Source: Okamejei kenojei | Taxonomy: Eukaryota | Assembly (NCBI GenBank): GCA_035221665.1 | Contig: CM069140.1 | Location: forward strand, 52,142,001 to 52,206,000 | Length of the DNA: 64,000 nucleotides | Direction of reading: 5' to 3' | Part shown: piece after piece, positions 13,680 through 26,291 of the stretch | How positions within the stretch are numbered: position 1 is the stretch's first letter | Layout of the letters: every line of letters starts with the position of its first letter | The notes under the pieces: model-generated | What the model was told of the DNA's origin: nothing | What the model saw: the letters and a program-made list of their open reading frames with translations, nothing else | The model's database searches: none | Made by a program: the position numbers and the translations under genes

Positions 13680-14125
13680 ACTGCTGGGGCGAGATTGGAG
13701 TATCATGGCCACTGTGTCCGAGCCAGAGAGTCGTGGGCACTAGGGGAGGCCACAGTGCTGCTTGCGGGCACTAGCGATGAGCCCAGAGTGTCGCGGGCAC
13801 TGGGTCCGAGCCCAAAAGTGTTGCGGGCACTGGGGATTAGCGTGGAGTGTTGTAAGCTCTGGAGCCAAGCGCAGTTTCGCGGATACTGGGGGCGAGGTCA
13901 GAGTATCGCAGCCACTGGGGTCTGAGCTCAGTGCACCACTGTAGGCGTGCGCAGTATCCAGGGCACTGGGTCTGAACCCAGCATATCGCAGGCACTGGGG
14001 TAAGCTTGAGCATCATGGGCACTGGAACAGAGCGCAGTATCACAGGCACAAGGGGTGAGGTCAGATTGCCCCATCCACTGGGGTCCAGTGGATCACAGGC
14101 GAACTTGAACGTTGCAGGCACTTGC
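13680..14125. repeat. Degenerate GC-rich minisatellite, about 15 units of 24-31 bp
   Basis: Recurring gggCACTGGggt..gagc.cagagt.tcgc unit, with CACT recurring every ~27-30 nt. Confidence 0.8.
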
Positions 14126-14389
14126 CCCACCCTCCCTCCCAGTCCACATCCTACCCTTCACAACTCACCCTTCCATTAATAGTGGATTTGAATTGGACAC
14201 CCCATGTAGACACCTTTCCAAATATACTGTAACTGTCAGAGAACGGTACCTGAATTTCTTGGACCAAGTCTTTGTCATTGTCTGTGCATCCAGCACTAAC
14301 ATCCAAAGGTAAACTATTACCTCCACTCTTCAGCTATATAATGTACACTAATGAGCAGAAGCTAATTAGGTTGTCCCAATGTTCTTTAG

Positions 14390-14505
14390 TTTGGCCCACC
14401 GAGTCCGCACCGACCAGCGATCCCCGCACATTAACACTATCCTACACACACTAGGGAAAATTTACACTTACACCAAGCTAATTAACCTACAAACCTGTAT
14501 GTCTC
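14390..14505 (-). mobile_element. HE1-like SINE 3' fragment
   Basis: ggcccaccgagtccgcaccgaccagcgatccccgcacattaacactatcctacac matches the reverse complement of the 3' part of the SINE at 40550. Confidence 0.7.
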
Positions 14506-16044
14506 AGCAACTCTTTCACGTAATATTTGTTTTGAAATTTCTGATTTTTTTTTTTAAAGAAGTACAAATTTAAAAAAAAGTGTTTATTTTCTTCCTGAGG
14601 TAAAAGCCTTGCTCTGAAACTAAGAGGCAAACACAGGCCACTTCAGTTATGTTCACCACATGAGTGCAAGCTCAGCACAAAGTGTCCTCTGCGCTCCCTC
14701 AGGCAGCCCTGGAAAACCAATCCCTGTTTTTCTAAAGTGTTCTTAAGTACAAAAATCTGAGGGAGTAATAGTTCAAAGAATTCTGACACAATACTGACTT
14801 CTTTGTGAGGCCTTTGATTTTTTTTACTCCCTTTTAACATTACAAATTGATCAAACTAACTAAAAAGGTTTTAAAAAACTACTCCTTTCCTTCCCCCTTA
14901 AATCAAAACAGTCCTTGAAATGAGCACAGTCTGTGCAAATGGAAGTCCTTTTGTTTAACCACTGAGTGAACTTAAGTAAGCAGCATAACCAATGTCCTGT
15001 CACTCGTGTGGGCATTTACACTCTTTCTACTCGTACATTTAATACAAGTACAATTACCTGAAATGTAAGTGCCAGCATTTAGTGACTGCAACCTGTTGTT
15101 GGCATCCACCTGTGTGGATTTGGACTGGATTTAGTCTGAATTTTCAAACAGGCTGTCCGGAAAAATGTTAAATGCATGCCAGATGCCAAAAGGCTGTTTG
15201 TTAAAAGAGAGGGGAAATTTCACATTTACTTCTATATTTTTGCATGAAAGTCTCGGCTTGCATATTAGTACCTCAATGAATTTCCATCAGTGAGAATGAA
15301 AAGTAAAACTGTGATGTTTACCTGTACCTCCACAGCTTTCCACCACTTACTGTTTTATGGCTTATGAGTTGTGACTGGGGTTCTTGCGATGTTATTCTTT
15401 GATAGGGCTGGATCAGTATTTGGAATCTGGATTTGGAGAATCAGTATTTGGGGAATCTACTGATGGAAAGTTATTTTTGTTGATTTTCAGAACATTATCT
15501 CTGCATCGATTTGCAGAGAGAACTGAGTGAAAAGGATTCCTTTCATCCAATGAATTTATTTTTTTTTCTCCAGAAGGACATATTCTGGCTGCAGATTTTG
15601 GGATGTCAGGACCAATGACTTAATAGTACTCAGCCATTTGAGGGGTAATATGAATCAAAATTATTTCAACCTAAAGAAAACCAAGAGCTTCTGAACACAC
15701 TCCTATATACTCCCACATGGTGTACATGGCAATAAACTAAACTAAATCTGATCTGAAAATGCTGGAAACACTCAGCATCAGTTGAAAGAGCCGCAGTTAA
15801 CATTTCAGTTCCTTTGCCCATCACATTTAGCTGGATGATGAATTTAGCACAACACAGAAATTGATGGTGTATGCTGAAGACCATGTTACTGGTTTTTGTA
15901 CGCTCTGATTGCGATTGCAGGATTTTGTACGCCTGCTGACATAAATACAGAAATAATGCTTGAATTAGCATAGTGGCACTCAAGCTATGCAAAAACAAAA
16001 TATCATGGTTCTTCCGTTAAAACAATTGGAGCCCCTTACTACTT

Positions 16045-16325
16045 TGTGTGTAGGAAGGAACTGTCAATGCTGGTTTAATCCAAAGACCGACACAACAAAC
16101 TGGGGTAACTCAGCGGGTCAGGCAGCATTTTTGGAGAAAAGGAATAGGTCACTTTGCTGGAAATAAGCTGAAGCCTATCTCCAGAAACACTCCAACATTT
16201 CAGATCAGAACAAAACAGATCAGTCTAAAGGAGGGTCTCGACCCAAAACGTTACGCATTACTTCCCTTCAGAGATGCTGCCTGTCCCGCTGAGTTAATCC
16301 AGCATTTTGTGTCTACCAACATTTC
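16045..16325. mobile_element. Two Penelope-like terminal repeat copies in opposite orientation
   Basis: Minus copy at about 16047-16155. Plus copy at about 16221-16315, flanked by ccaacatttc at 16192-16201 and 16316-16325. Confidence 0.75.
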
Positions 16326-17184
16326 CATACCTAATTTATGAATGAAAGCAGAGGAAATAATTTTACTTTTCGGTCTTTTTTGGCTTAATGAGTGAACCAA
16401 CTTAATTTACGTGTTCTCAGATCCAAAGGGTTTATGGCTTTTTCTCATTGCTATTTTTTCCCCCTCTACTTAATGTTACTTGACTGAGGTAAATTTACAC
16501 AATAATCGCCAACCTTCCACACCCTGGATGTTAAAACTAAATGATGATTCTGGGTGGCCTTTTTGACTGTGTGAGGCTGAACTCGTTTTTCCCAACCTAG
16601 TGTCCTGAAGCACAATTTCCTATCGGGACTATTGGATGGTGGCCAAAAAAATAAAGAAAACTGCACAATTTCTCCCCCTCTGAAGTGAACGAGTGCTGAA
16701 TCTAATTATAAAAAAAACAAATATTGATATAGCTCCCTAGGTTCATTGACCTGGATTTAGATCAATCAGTTCGGCATAATCCAGGAATGAATGTGAGTGT
16801 TGTGTGCTACTGCCCTTAACGCCAGCCCATCAGGCAAGTGTGTTTACTTTTAGAAAGCTTTTTTTTCGGTGTTTTGTTGATGTTTCTCTTTGTATTTTTA
16901 CAAGCCTGAGACCCCATCCCTTCCAGAGATTTCACAGAGTCAAAGACCTTTTTGCCATTCAACGGTCCGGGTTGATTGACTCCCTGAGAGATCAATTTCC
17001 CAGCAAATGAACCAGCAGCATTGATGTTCCAGGAAGGTGGGAACTTTCTAATGCTAGATGCTTGTGCATACCAGTAGTTGTTGTTGCAACCACTTGTGGT
17101 GATGGATCAGACTATGCAGCCTTATGACTGATGGACCAGTTACTGGCACACATTACTCCAGACAGTCTTCATCCACTGATCTTT

Positions 17185-17460
17185 AAATTTCTAACCTCTC
17201 ACATTATACCTATACCTTCTAGTCCTAGATTCTGCTGCCTTGCGAGAAGGACTCTGACCCTCCAACCATTTCTATGCCTCTTATAATCTTATAAACCTTA
17301 AATAAGGTCACCCGCAGCCTCCTACATTCAAGTGAGAATAAATTTATCCCATCCAATTTTTCATTGCAGTCCAGGTAACATTCTTGTTAACACATCCTTC
17401 CTACAGTATGGCAACCAGAACTGTACACTGTATTCACAGTGTAGTCTAACCAATGTCTTC
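17185..17460 (-). mobile_element. CR1 LINE fragment (near-duplicate of 18800-19057)
   Basis: Minus-strand peptide KTLVRLHCEYSVQFWLPYCRKDV is a CR1 ORF2 motif. Confidence 0.8.
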
Positions 17461-17484
17461 ACCCACTGCAGTTTGCCCATGTCG

Positions 17485-17708
17485 CAACAGGCCATGGCAG
17501 ACACCATCACCCTGGCCCTACGTTCATTGCTGGAACATCTCGATAACAAGTACACCCATGTCAGACCCCTATTTATTGACTATAGCACCCCTTCAACGTC
17601 ATTTCTCCCATCCAAAGTCATCTCCAAACCCGTGGACCTCAGTGTCGCCACCCCCCTCTGCCACTGGAGCATTGACATCCTTACCCTTAGACCGTATTCA
17701 GTGAGGCA
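17485..17708 (+). mobile_element. Rex1/Babar-type RT fragment, degraded
   Basis: DTITLALRSLLEHLDNKYTHVRPLFIDYS...SKVISK...PLCHWSIDILTLRPYSVR is homologous to the start of the RT at 31457. Confidence 0.75.
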
Positions 17709-18547
17709 ATTGGTGTCCATCACCTCAGGGGCATTTAGCAATGGCCATTTAATACTGGTCATGATTTCCACATCAAGTGAAGAAGGAATCTCTAACATAA
17801 TTTATCGGAAGATTATCTTCTGGACCAGCCAGAGTATTGACCTAGTATTTAAATCTACTGTTGATTTATTTGCTTCTTCGCTATTCTTTTCTTATTGTTC
17901 AACTTTATCACTCCAGTTCCTTGGATCGAACTATAATAAAGATTAAAATAGACCTTTTTGATGAGGTCTGTGCTTCATAAGTAAAGAAGATGTGATGCAT
18001 TCATAAACGCTTTATTGTCGGGTAAAAATAATTTAGTATTAAAATTCATCTGTTATTTCCAAGTTGCTGACTTATTTTTATTGGAAGCATAATTTTGCAG
18101 TCGGAATTGTCTTGAAGTTGTTTGTCAATGTCGGCCAGTTTGAGACATGAGGCAAACATAAATGTGATCCATTGAACAAGTCAAGGTCGTCTAAAGGGCA
18201 CTTTCAGGTGCAAGGTCATGCTCCCTATAACTTAAGAAAAAGACAACATGTGACCTACATGTAATCAAACTGCTCTTTTTAGGTCGCAGGTTTCTCAGCT
18301 AGAAATTTATTTGCTTTTAAAATTTTGTTCAAAGAATCCTTACATCTGAGTATGTTCATTGGCATTTTGCCTGAGAGGTCAGATTTAGAAACCATGATTA
18401 ACAAGTTCAGGAGTTCATCAAAGGTAAAAGTTGCATTGAAATTGTGCTTTTAGGAAGCTTTGCGGGGGTGAATTTGTTGAGATAATGGAATATCGTAACG
18501 GTTAGTTTTCAAATTGCTAATCTTTATCTAGTTTAATAAACAGTCAA

Positions 18548-19592
18548 ATCATAGAATCATGTAGTGCACAAAATGGTCCCTTTCAGCCCACCTTGTCCAT
18601 GCCAAGCATGATGCCTATGTTTGCTAATCCTTTTTGCCTGCATTAGGCTCATATTTCTTTATGCCTTTCTTATCCAGGTACCTATCCAAGTGCTCTTTAA
18701 ACACTGTAATTGTGTCTGCCACATGCTCTGGCAGCTTGTTCCAGATAACCACCACTTTCTGTGTAATAAACTTACTGTTCAGATGTCCACTCTAATTTCT
18801 AACCACTCACATTAAATCTGTACCTTATAGTTCCAGATTCTGCTGCCTTGCGAGAAGGACTCTGACTCTCTATCCTATCTATGCCTCTTATAAACTTAAA
18901 ATAAGGTCACCACACAGCCTCCTACATTCAAGTGAGAATAAATTAATCCTATCGAATCTCTTATTCCAGTCCAGGTAACATCCTTGTTACCACATACTTC
19001 CTACAGTATGGCAACCAGAACTGTACACAGTTTTCAAAATGTAGTCTTAACCAATGTTCTGCATTTGCAACAGGGCATCCAAGCTCTTGTACTCCATGCG
19101 TAGGCCTATGAAGACAAGCATACGAAATGCCTCTTTCACTACTCTACCCTATTCACCTGCCTACCTTTTCAGGGAGTTATGGACTTGGCCCCCAAGGTAT
19201 CTCTGTACTCTCCTCAGTGCCTCTGTGTTCAATCAGAAATTCACTTACCGATGTGTATAACCTCACACCTGTCTGGACTAATTTCCATCTGCCACCACTC
19301 CACCCAATTTTATTTTTAATCTATGTCTCGCTGTATTTTTAAACAACCTTTTATGTTATCTACAATGGTGTCATTTTTCATGTCATCTGCAAACTTGCTG
19401 ATCATACCTCATATATTATGCAAATCGTTTATATATATATATTACAAACAAATGTCTTAGCACCGATCCCTGTGGTGCCCCACTTGTTACACTTCCAGTC
19501 AGAAAAACACTCATCCATTACCACTCTCAGCCTTCTATCACTGAGCTAATTTTGGATCGAGTTTGTCAACATACCCCAGATCCCTCGTGCCT
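18548..19592 (-). mobile_element. CR1 LINE 3' ~1 kb, degraded
   Basis: The minus strand contains SKFADD (tgtcatctgcaaacttgct), a PQGSVL-like region (gcaccgatccctgtgg), a VQFWLPY motif and a CR1 3' tail at 18548. Confidence 0.8.
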
Positions 19593-20829
19593 TTGTAGCC
19601 ACAAATACATTTTAAGTCAACCAGCATCTTTTCCTACTGCATCATGGCCTGTGTGAATTCTATTGAGGGCTGTCCACTGACTTCAAGGGCAGTTGCACCA
19701 GTGGCTTCCACCATGGAGTCAGTGATAAGACAGTTATTTCTTGCATTGGACATAACTTCTACCATCTGAAAAATAGGTTCTGTCCAAAGCACAGATGTAC
19801 ATTGCTGCTTCCCTGAATGACCAACATGATTATAGTGTGTTTTTGACGGTTTTGTTAAACCTTTGTGAATTGTGAATTTAGTGTTGCCCATTCAAGGAGG
19901 AAGTTAAAATCATGCGAATGGCAGAGCGGGACATGTGATTCAGTACCGGTACCATTTGGATATATATTTTGCGATCTTTGTGTGGTCATTACCAGCCAGA
20001 TATGCATTCTGCTTCAGAGTATACAAGGGCTAAGTATTCTGGCCGAGTTCCCAAGGAAAACAGTGGTATGCGGATTTTTTGTGTGCAAATTGAAGTTGGG
20101 ATCTGGAATGCGGATTATTGGTGAGTAGTTGAGACAGAATTAATTGTGGCCTTCAAAAGAGAACTGGATAAATAATTGAAAGGAACAAAAAGGAATGCAG
20201 AACCGTTAGAAAAGAATAAAGGAGTGGGGACAGGTGGATTGTTCTAGAATAGAACTGGCATGGACACATGGTCTCTTCAAATTGGAATGAAATACTATTC
20301 AGTGGGTTCAGTAGCCTAACCATATGTTGTTCTTTTGCCAATCACTTTCATGTTACATCCCCTAGTTCTTTATCCCTCAGCGGTTTCTCTCTATCCACAT
20401 TTTCTATGACCTTCATGTTTCTAAATGCAGCTATCAGATCTCCTCACAGCCTCCTCTGTTCCAAGAGAATAAGCCCAGATTCTTTGGAATCATATAGAAC
20501 TGAATAATTTTGGTGAATCTCTTCTGAACCATCTCCAAAATGTTCAGTTCTGGTGTGTAGAAGTAGTCCACTTCGGGATGAACCGGGGTTTACAAAGGTT
20601 CATCATGACTTCTCTGCTTTTGTCTATAAAGGTATCCCTTATATATTTTCTGATCATTTTCTCAAACCGCCCTATCACCTTCAATGAAATTAGATAAGTT
20701 TTATGACAACGCTGCCTTCCATTGAAATCAACAAGTTCTTTTCTGCCCTAATATTGATTTGAACTACTTCAGTGCTAAGGCAGAATTTATTATGTGATCC
20801 AGGAAAGTATTCTTAAGCAAATTGTAGAT

Positions 20830-21705
20830 GGCGCTACTAGAGAGCGAGCTACACTCGACTTTCTCTTGGGAAAGGAGTTTGGGAAGATGTCCATCAGCCG
20901 GCGGGGAACACTTTGGGACCAGTAATCATAGTTTTATTAGTTTAAAGAGTTATGGTAAAAGATGGGACTGGTCCATTAGTTAAAATCCTCGATTAGAGCA
21001 AGATTAATTTTGATTTCATTGGACAGAAACTAGCTGTGGAGAGTGCTAGCAAGTAAAGGGATGTCTAGCAAGTGGGAGGCTTTTAAAAGTGAGATAGTGA
21101 AAATTCAGGGTCAACGTGTTTCTGTTAGAGTTAAGGGCAAGGTTGACGGGCTTAGGGAACCATACCTAGTTGGTGAAGGATGTTGAGGCTCTGATTAGGA
21201 AATAGAAGGCGGCATATGTGATGAATCGAATAAAACCCTTGAGGATTACATGGAACGAAGAATATAGAACAGGTGTACATGGAACATAGAACATAGAATA
21301 GTACAGCTCAGGAACCACCCACAATGTCAATGCTGAACGTGATGCCAAGTTATGCCAATCTCCTCTGCCTGCACATGATCCATACCCCTTCATATCCATG
21401 CACAAAGTGCATCTTAGGACCTCGATGGAATCAAGGAGAGACACTGCTGGAGACGTGGCAGAGATTTTTCTTGGTACAAGAGACTGCAGATGCTGCAATC
21501 TGCAGCAAGAAAAATTGCTGGAGGAATTCAGTGGGCATGACAGATCAATGGAGGGAAATGGACAGTTGACATTTCAGGTTAACCACTGGTAAGGTACCGG
21601 AAGACTCGGAGGGTGGATAATGTTGTGACTTTATTGAAGAAGCACTGCAAGGACAGGCCAGGGAACTTTAGGTCGATGAGTCAAAGATTAGTGATGGGAA
21701 AGTTT
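20830..21705 (+). mobile_element. Degraded CR1 internal fragment with nested CR1 3' end (-, ~21285-21405) and Penelope-type repeat (-, ~21470-21580)
   Basis: Remnants of TLDFLL..GEHFGTSNH (endonuclease end), WEAFKSEI and the W..ANV..L.KK..KD.PGN.R motif. Confidence 0.6.
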
Positions 21706-22517
21706 TGCGTTTGTTGTCATATTTATGGTATCTATCACTATCGCATATGCTTTATGAGCTTCAAGTGAATTAGTAATTTCATTATACACTGGTGTATATG
21801 ATAATAAACTAATCTGAATCTGAGCATTACTGCTTGCAATATCATCAATTTATGGGATTCAGGGTGAGGCACGTTTATTGTGTAAATGCACAGGTTGAAA
21901 AGGGCTGATGTGAGCACTGACACTGGTGGTAATGGATTGTTCTTGTTCAGCTGCTCTTATCGCCAAGATAATTTGCTAGTGTTTGCTAGTATAAATGTAT
22001 TTGTCTTTATACTTGGAGCAAAGTTGATAATTAAGCTCAGCTTCAATTACCTATGGAGTTAAAAAGAAAAGCTTAAAAGTGCTTGTTGTAGCAAAGCCAA
22101 ACAATGGGTGATTTTTTTATGACGAAGTCTGCAATTTTCAAACCTTTGAATCAAACACAGGAATTGGAATGTGTGGGTTTTTTACATAGGTCAATTATTT
22201 CGGCTTTGTTCTTTTACCTTTTATTTTAGTTATTTTTCTGATAGATCTATATCTATTTATTATTATTACACTGATTAATGGAAGCAATCTCCCACTAGCT
22301 ACTTTATCAAGACTTATCAAAACCATTAAGACCGCCACAAGATTATCTGTAAACATTTTCAGTTCTGGTGAAACCATTGTAATGTTGAAAGTCGTCTTCA
22401 TAATTGCAAATTCCCATTCCTCATCCAATTCCAGTGAACAACTGTTTGCCTTTGACACTGAATTCATAACTTTATATAATTAGATATTCAAAAGCATACA
22501 CTAAACTTTGTCTAGAT

Positions 22518-22630
22518 TGTGTAGGAAAGAACTGCAGATGCTGGTTTAAATCGAAGGTAGACACAAAATGCTGGAGTAACACAGCGGAACAGGCAGCATC
22601 TCTGGAGAGAAGGAATGGGTGACGTCGAGA
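22518..22630 (-). mobile_element. Penelope-like terminal repeat copy
   Basis: tgtgtaggaaagaactgcagatgctgg...ggagagaaggaatgggtgacgt is the reverse complement of the family consensus. Confidence 0.8.
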
Positions 22631-22804
22631 TTCTTGTCTAAATGTACTATTAGTCCCTTGTTCATTTATACTGTATACTGAGGTCAAAATCAATGGTACG
22701 TTTGCATTTTTAAGCTGTTTCTATTTCCTTACAATTTTGAAGTCATGCATCTCTATGTTGCACTTTTTATATCTTCATTTCATCTTAGTTTCTTTTTTAA
22801 TTGA

Positions 22805-23111
22805 TTGAAATATACAGCATGGAAACAGGGCCTTCAGCCCACCAATTCTACATCAATCATCAATCACCCGTTCAGACCAGGTCCACGTTATCCCACTTTT
22901 GTGTTCCCAACACATTTTCGGGACACTTCCAAAACCCAATTAAGCTACAAACCCGCACATCTTGAGGATGTAAAAGATATCCGGAGCACCCAAAGGAACC
23001 CCACATGGTCACAGGGAGAATATGCAAACTCCACACAGACAGCAGTTAATGTCAGGATCGAGCCTCAGTCCCTGGCGCTGTGAGACAGCAGCTGCACCAC
23101 TGTGCCGCCCA
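22805..23111 (-). mobile_element. HE1/V-SINE-like SINE, diverged
   Basis: Ends in gcaccactgtgccgccc (reverse complement of the tRNA-like head) and has a CR1-like tail at 22805. Confidence 0.7.
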
Positions 23112-23524
23112 ACCGCTGAACACATAAAACATATCTTTACGCTTACTTAAATATTATGCCATACTTTGGGTTGAGCTTCATTTGCCACCTATTCCCTTCC
23201 TACAGGCCATAGTATTTTGTAATCTTTCACAACTTTCTGCACAGCTTGTTAATCCACACCATATTGGTGTCAAGAAGGGTAAGTGATTTATAAGGTGAAT
23301 ATTTCTCAATATTCAGGAGATTTGGTTACTGTCGAGATGCATCATTATTTGAATTTTTTTTTATTGTATGTTTGGTGTGCTTTGATTAGGTGTACTTCAG
23401 CAATTCCAATAAGCTTCTTACATAAATTCTCAGTACTTGCATTAGTATTTCATTCCAATTTGGAGAGCCTTTAATTAACTGTTGATAATTAGACACTGGA
23501 ACTCCTGTATTATTTACCTTGGTG

Positions 23525-24302
23525 GCATCTTTGGCTCAGAGTGAAAGCACACAGTATTTTTCCAGGGTTGGGGCAATCAAGAACTAGAGGGAATAAGTTT
23601 AAGGCAAGAGGGGAAAGATTTAATTAAGAACCTGAAGGGATATATTGTCACATAAAGGGTGGTTCGTATATGGAACGAGCTGCCAGAGCATGTGGTTGAG
23701 GCAAGTTCTATAACAACATTTACGGGACATTTATATAGCTATAGGGATAGAAAAGGTTTAGAGGGATATGGGTTAAATGCAAGCCAATGGTTTAGCATAG
23801 ATGGACAGTTTGGTTATCAAGGATAACTTGATCCAAACAGCCTTTTTCCACACTATATAATTGACTATATAATTGTATTCTTTGTTCTGAGTTAGAAGAT
23901 TGTATGTTTAAGTCCCAGTTCTAAAGTTTCAACAGAGAAAACATCCTCGACTAATGCTTCAGTACAAAACAAGCATGTGTGTTACTGAAGGTGATGTGGT
24001 CTTTTGAATGATAAGTTCGACTGTGGCCCTCTGCTCACTCAGTTGGATCTGCGATGTCCCAGGGCATTATTTTCAAATGGAAAAGGAGAGGTATCTGTAG
24101 AGTTTTAAGTAGTATTTATCCTGAAAAAACAATCATGATGGTCATAATCAAATTGCTGTTTGTGAAGACTTGCCGTTCTCTCATTGCAGTGCTTTATCAC
24201 TTATATTTCAACACTTCAAACCAATTTCATTTACTGTAAAGCACTCTGAAATGTCCTGCTTTGCAAAAGGTGGTGCATAAATCTGTGCCTGTTTCTTTCT
24301 TT
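23525..24302 (+). mobile_element. Ancient DeuSINE-like element interrupted by a CR1 3' end (~23560-23865)
   Basis: Head tggctcagagtg, Deu-like core (gaaggtgatgtggtcttttgaatgataagttcgactgtggccc...tggatctgcgatgtcccagggcattatt) and L2-like tail (ctgtaaagcactctg...aaaggtggtgcataaat). Related copy at 29720-30080. The family call is recalled similarity. Confidence 0.5.
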
Positions 24303-24856
24303 TGATCTATAAGGTGCAGTTTAACTACGTTCACAAGTGTGTCATTGTATAATGGCATCTCACAAAACACATACAAATTAAAATTAATTAAAATGGTTTT
24401 ATTTAGTGGAACAGTGGCAACTCCTTGTTAGAATTCTGTTGGCCAGTCTTCTGGCATAATTAGTAATATGGGAAGAGCAGAGAATATAAAAGGATCAGCT
24501 CCATCATACAATCCTTTCTACAGAAAAGCTTTCATAGTTTGTTGTACAATACTACTGTAGTTATTGGTATAGGATGCCATTTAAATTATTAGTTCTCAGC
24601 ATTTTATTAACATATTAAAGATCTTGTGCCAAGAATAAATTTCTGTTGATGATGTATCTGTATTTTTGTTTCTTTGCTATAAAGTTAAATATAATGTGAT
24701 TTTTATTTTGAATAAAAGTTCAGTATTTTGCTAATATTACAGCGTTAATTAAGAAAAAAAATCATGTTACAAATCTATCCTGAACAGATTTCTTTGTCAG
24801 TCTGGAATCTGATCAGCAGATTAGTAATATTTACATTTATTTCTTTATTCATTCAG

Positions 24857-25011
24857 TTATTCTTCCAGCTGCAGTTATAAATGTTGCAGGCATCTCTCCT
24901 TATCAAAGAGGGTTTTACTGCGATGACAACAGCATCAAGTACAGCACTAAGAAAAGTGTGGTATCCAGTCTCCTGCTTTTAATAGTGGGAACACTACTGC
25001 CAATTGCTTGT
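24857..25011 (+). CDS. PLPP3: PLPP3 alternative exon 2A (duplicated, putatively mutually exclusive; LPP1a-like)
   Basis: Acceptor ttctttattcattcAG and donor GTAAGT at 25012. Length 155 nt, phase 1->0, no stops: (V)ILPAAVINVAGISPYQRGFYCDDNSIKYSTKKSVVSSLLLLIVGTLLPIAC. Carries the LPP-family PxxRGFxCxDxSIxY motif and is homologous to the exon 1.3 kb downstream. Confidence 0.85.
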
Positions 25012-26291
25012 GTAAGTTTATATCTGTTGGTGCATGGCCAAGCCAAGACAAAGTAAAATGCGGCATTTCCTGACAGTAATTATTTTCCTTATGGGGTCTC
25101 TGAGTCTTGACAGTTCACTTTTCCACGTGGACTGTGTTCTGTGTATTTTTGGGAGCATCTTAGAAAATCTTCTAAAAGATAGTGCCAACGTCTAAATATG
25201 TACTCTCATTGATTTACGTTCTGGGAAATTAAAAACATTAAAAAAAAATTCCAACAACAATCATTCTCAAACTAGAGAAAGGGAAACCGTGATTTCAGAA
25301 CAAAGCTGGTTATTGCATATACAAAAGTATTTTTTTAAATCATTGCGCACTGGCTCTGAGTTTTCCATTCATCTGCGACCAAATTGCTTTGCTAGTTGGT
25401 CTGAGTGTGAGTTATAAGGGACTGCAGGGATGATGGGAGGCTGGCTTATCATTCTTTGTATCTCTGTTGAACTTAGGTCCCAGAGATGAAAGGGCAGTAT
25501 TCCTTTCTGACATATGTATGATATTAAGCAGATCTTTACAAAAGCAAGTGGAGCCCAGAAGAAATGCAGCACAAAGTCTAATAAAAAGTCATTGCCAAGA
25601 AAACAAGAGGAGGTGGGGATAAAATGAAGAACATAAGAAACAAAAATCAGAAGCGTTTCAAAGAGTAATGAAGGGATTATGTGATTAACCCAATAGTTAG
25701 GCCAAATCATATACTGATACATTTTGTAAATCCATGGGATTAATTATAATGCTAAATACATGATAATAGCTGTTAAATTATTTACATATTTATTGTCGTA
25801 AAATGGGATCCTTCTTAGATCTCAACAAAATAAGGGGAATAACTAGTTAGAGTTTTAGACCTTTAAAAATCTAAAAATAATTTGCACCTTAGAAGTGACT
25901 AAGAGATTTATTAATGTGAATTTTTGAATATGAATCACTTTTTTTTTAAGTGCTAAATTAAAATAATTAAAGTAGGATAATCTTTTGTCTCACCCTAAAA
26001 TTTATCATGGCTTTTCCTCTTTCCTAACATTGAGATTAAACTTTTTTGCAAGTAATTTTGATAAATTTGGCTATCTAAATGTCACTATTTTGTTTGTGTA
26101 AGGGTTGTGCATTTATCATTGCACTGTGAGGGGTGGAGAGGGGTATGTGAATAATGCCACAGAATATATTTTTTCTATTTGTCCTCTAATGCCACACTTT
26201 ACTTTGTTGAAGCAGTTATGCCCCTCAGCTGTTTGTTGTCTATGTTACTTACCCTTGCTTTGTCTGTATCTGTTGTTGTCCTTTCTATTAG

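Noticed and set aside
13680-14125. CRISPR-like array
   Set aside because: The context is eukaryotic and intronic, the anchor is only about 7 bp, the 'spacers' are mutually homologous, and there are no cas genes.
17332-17946. 204-aa ORF as a novel protein
   Set aside because: It is a chance fusion of antisense CR1, a decayed Rex RT fragment and unique intron sequence.
1-24856. PLPP3 exon 1 or promoter
   Set aside because: I saw no LPP3 N-terminal coding sequence. The CpG-rich patches are explained by repeats.
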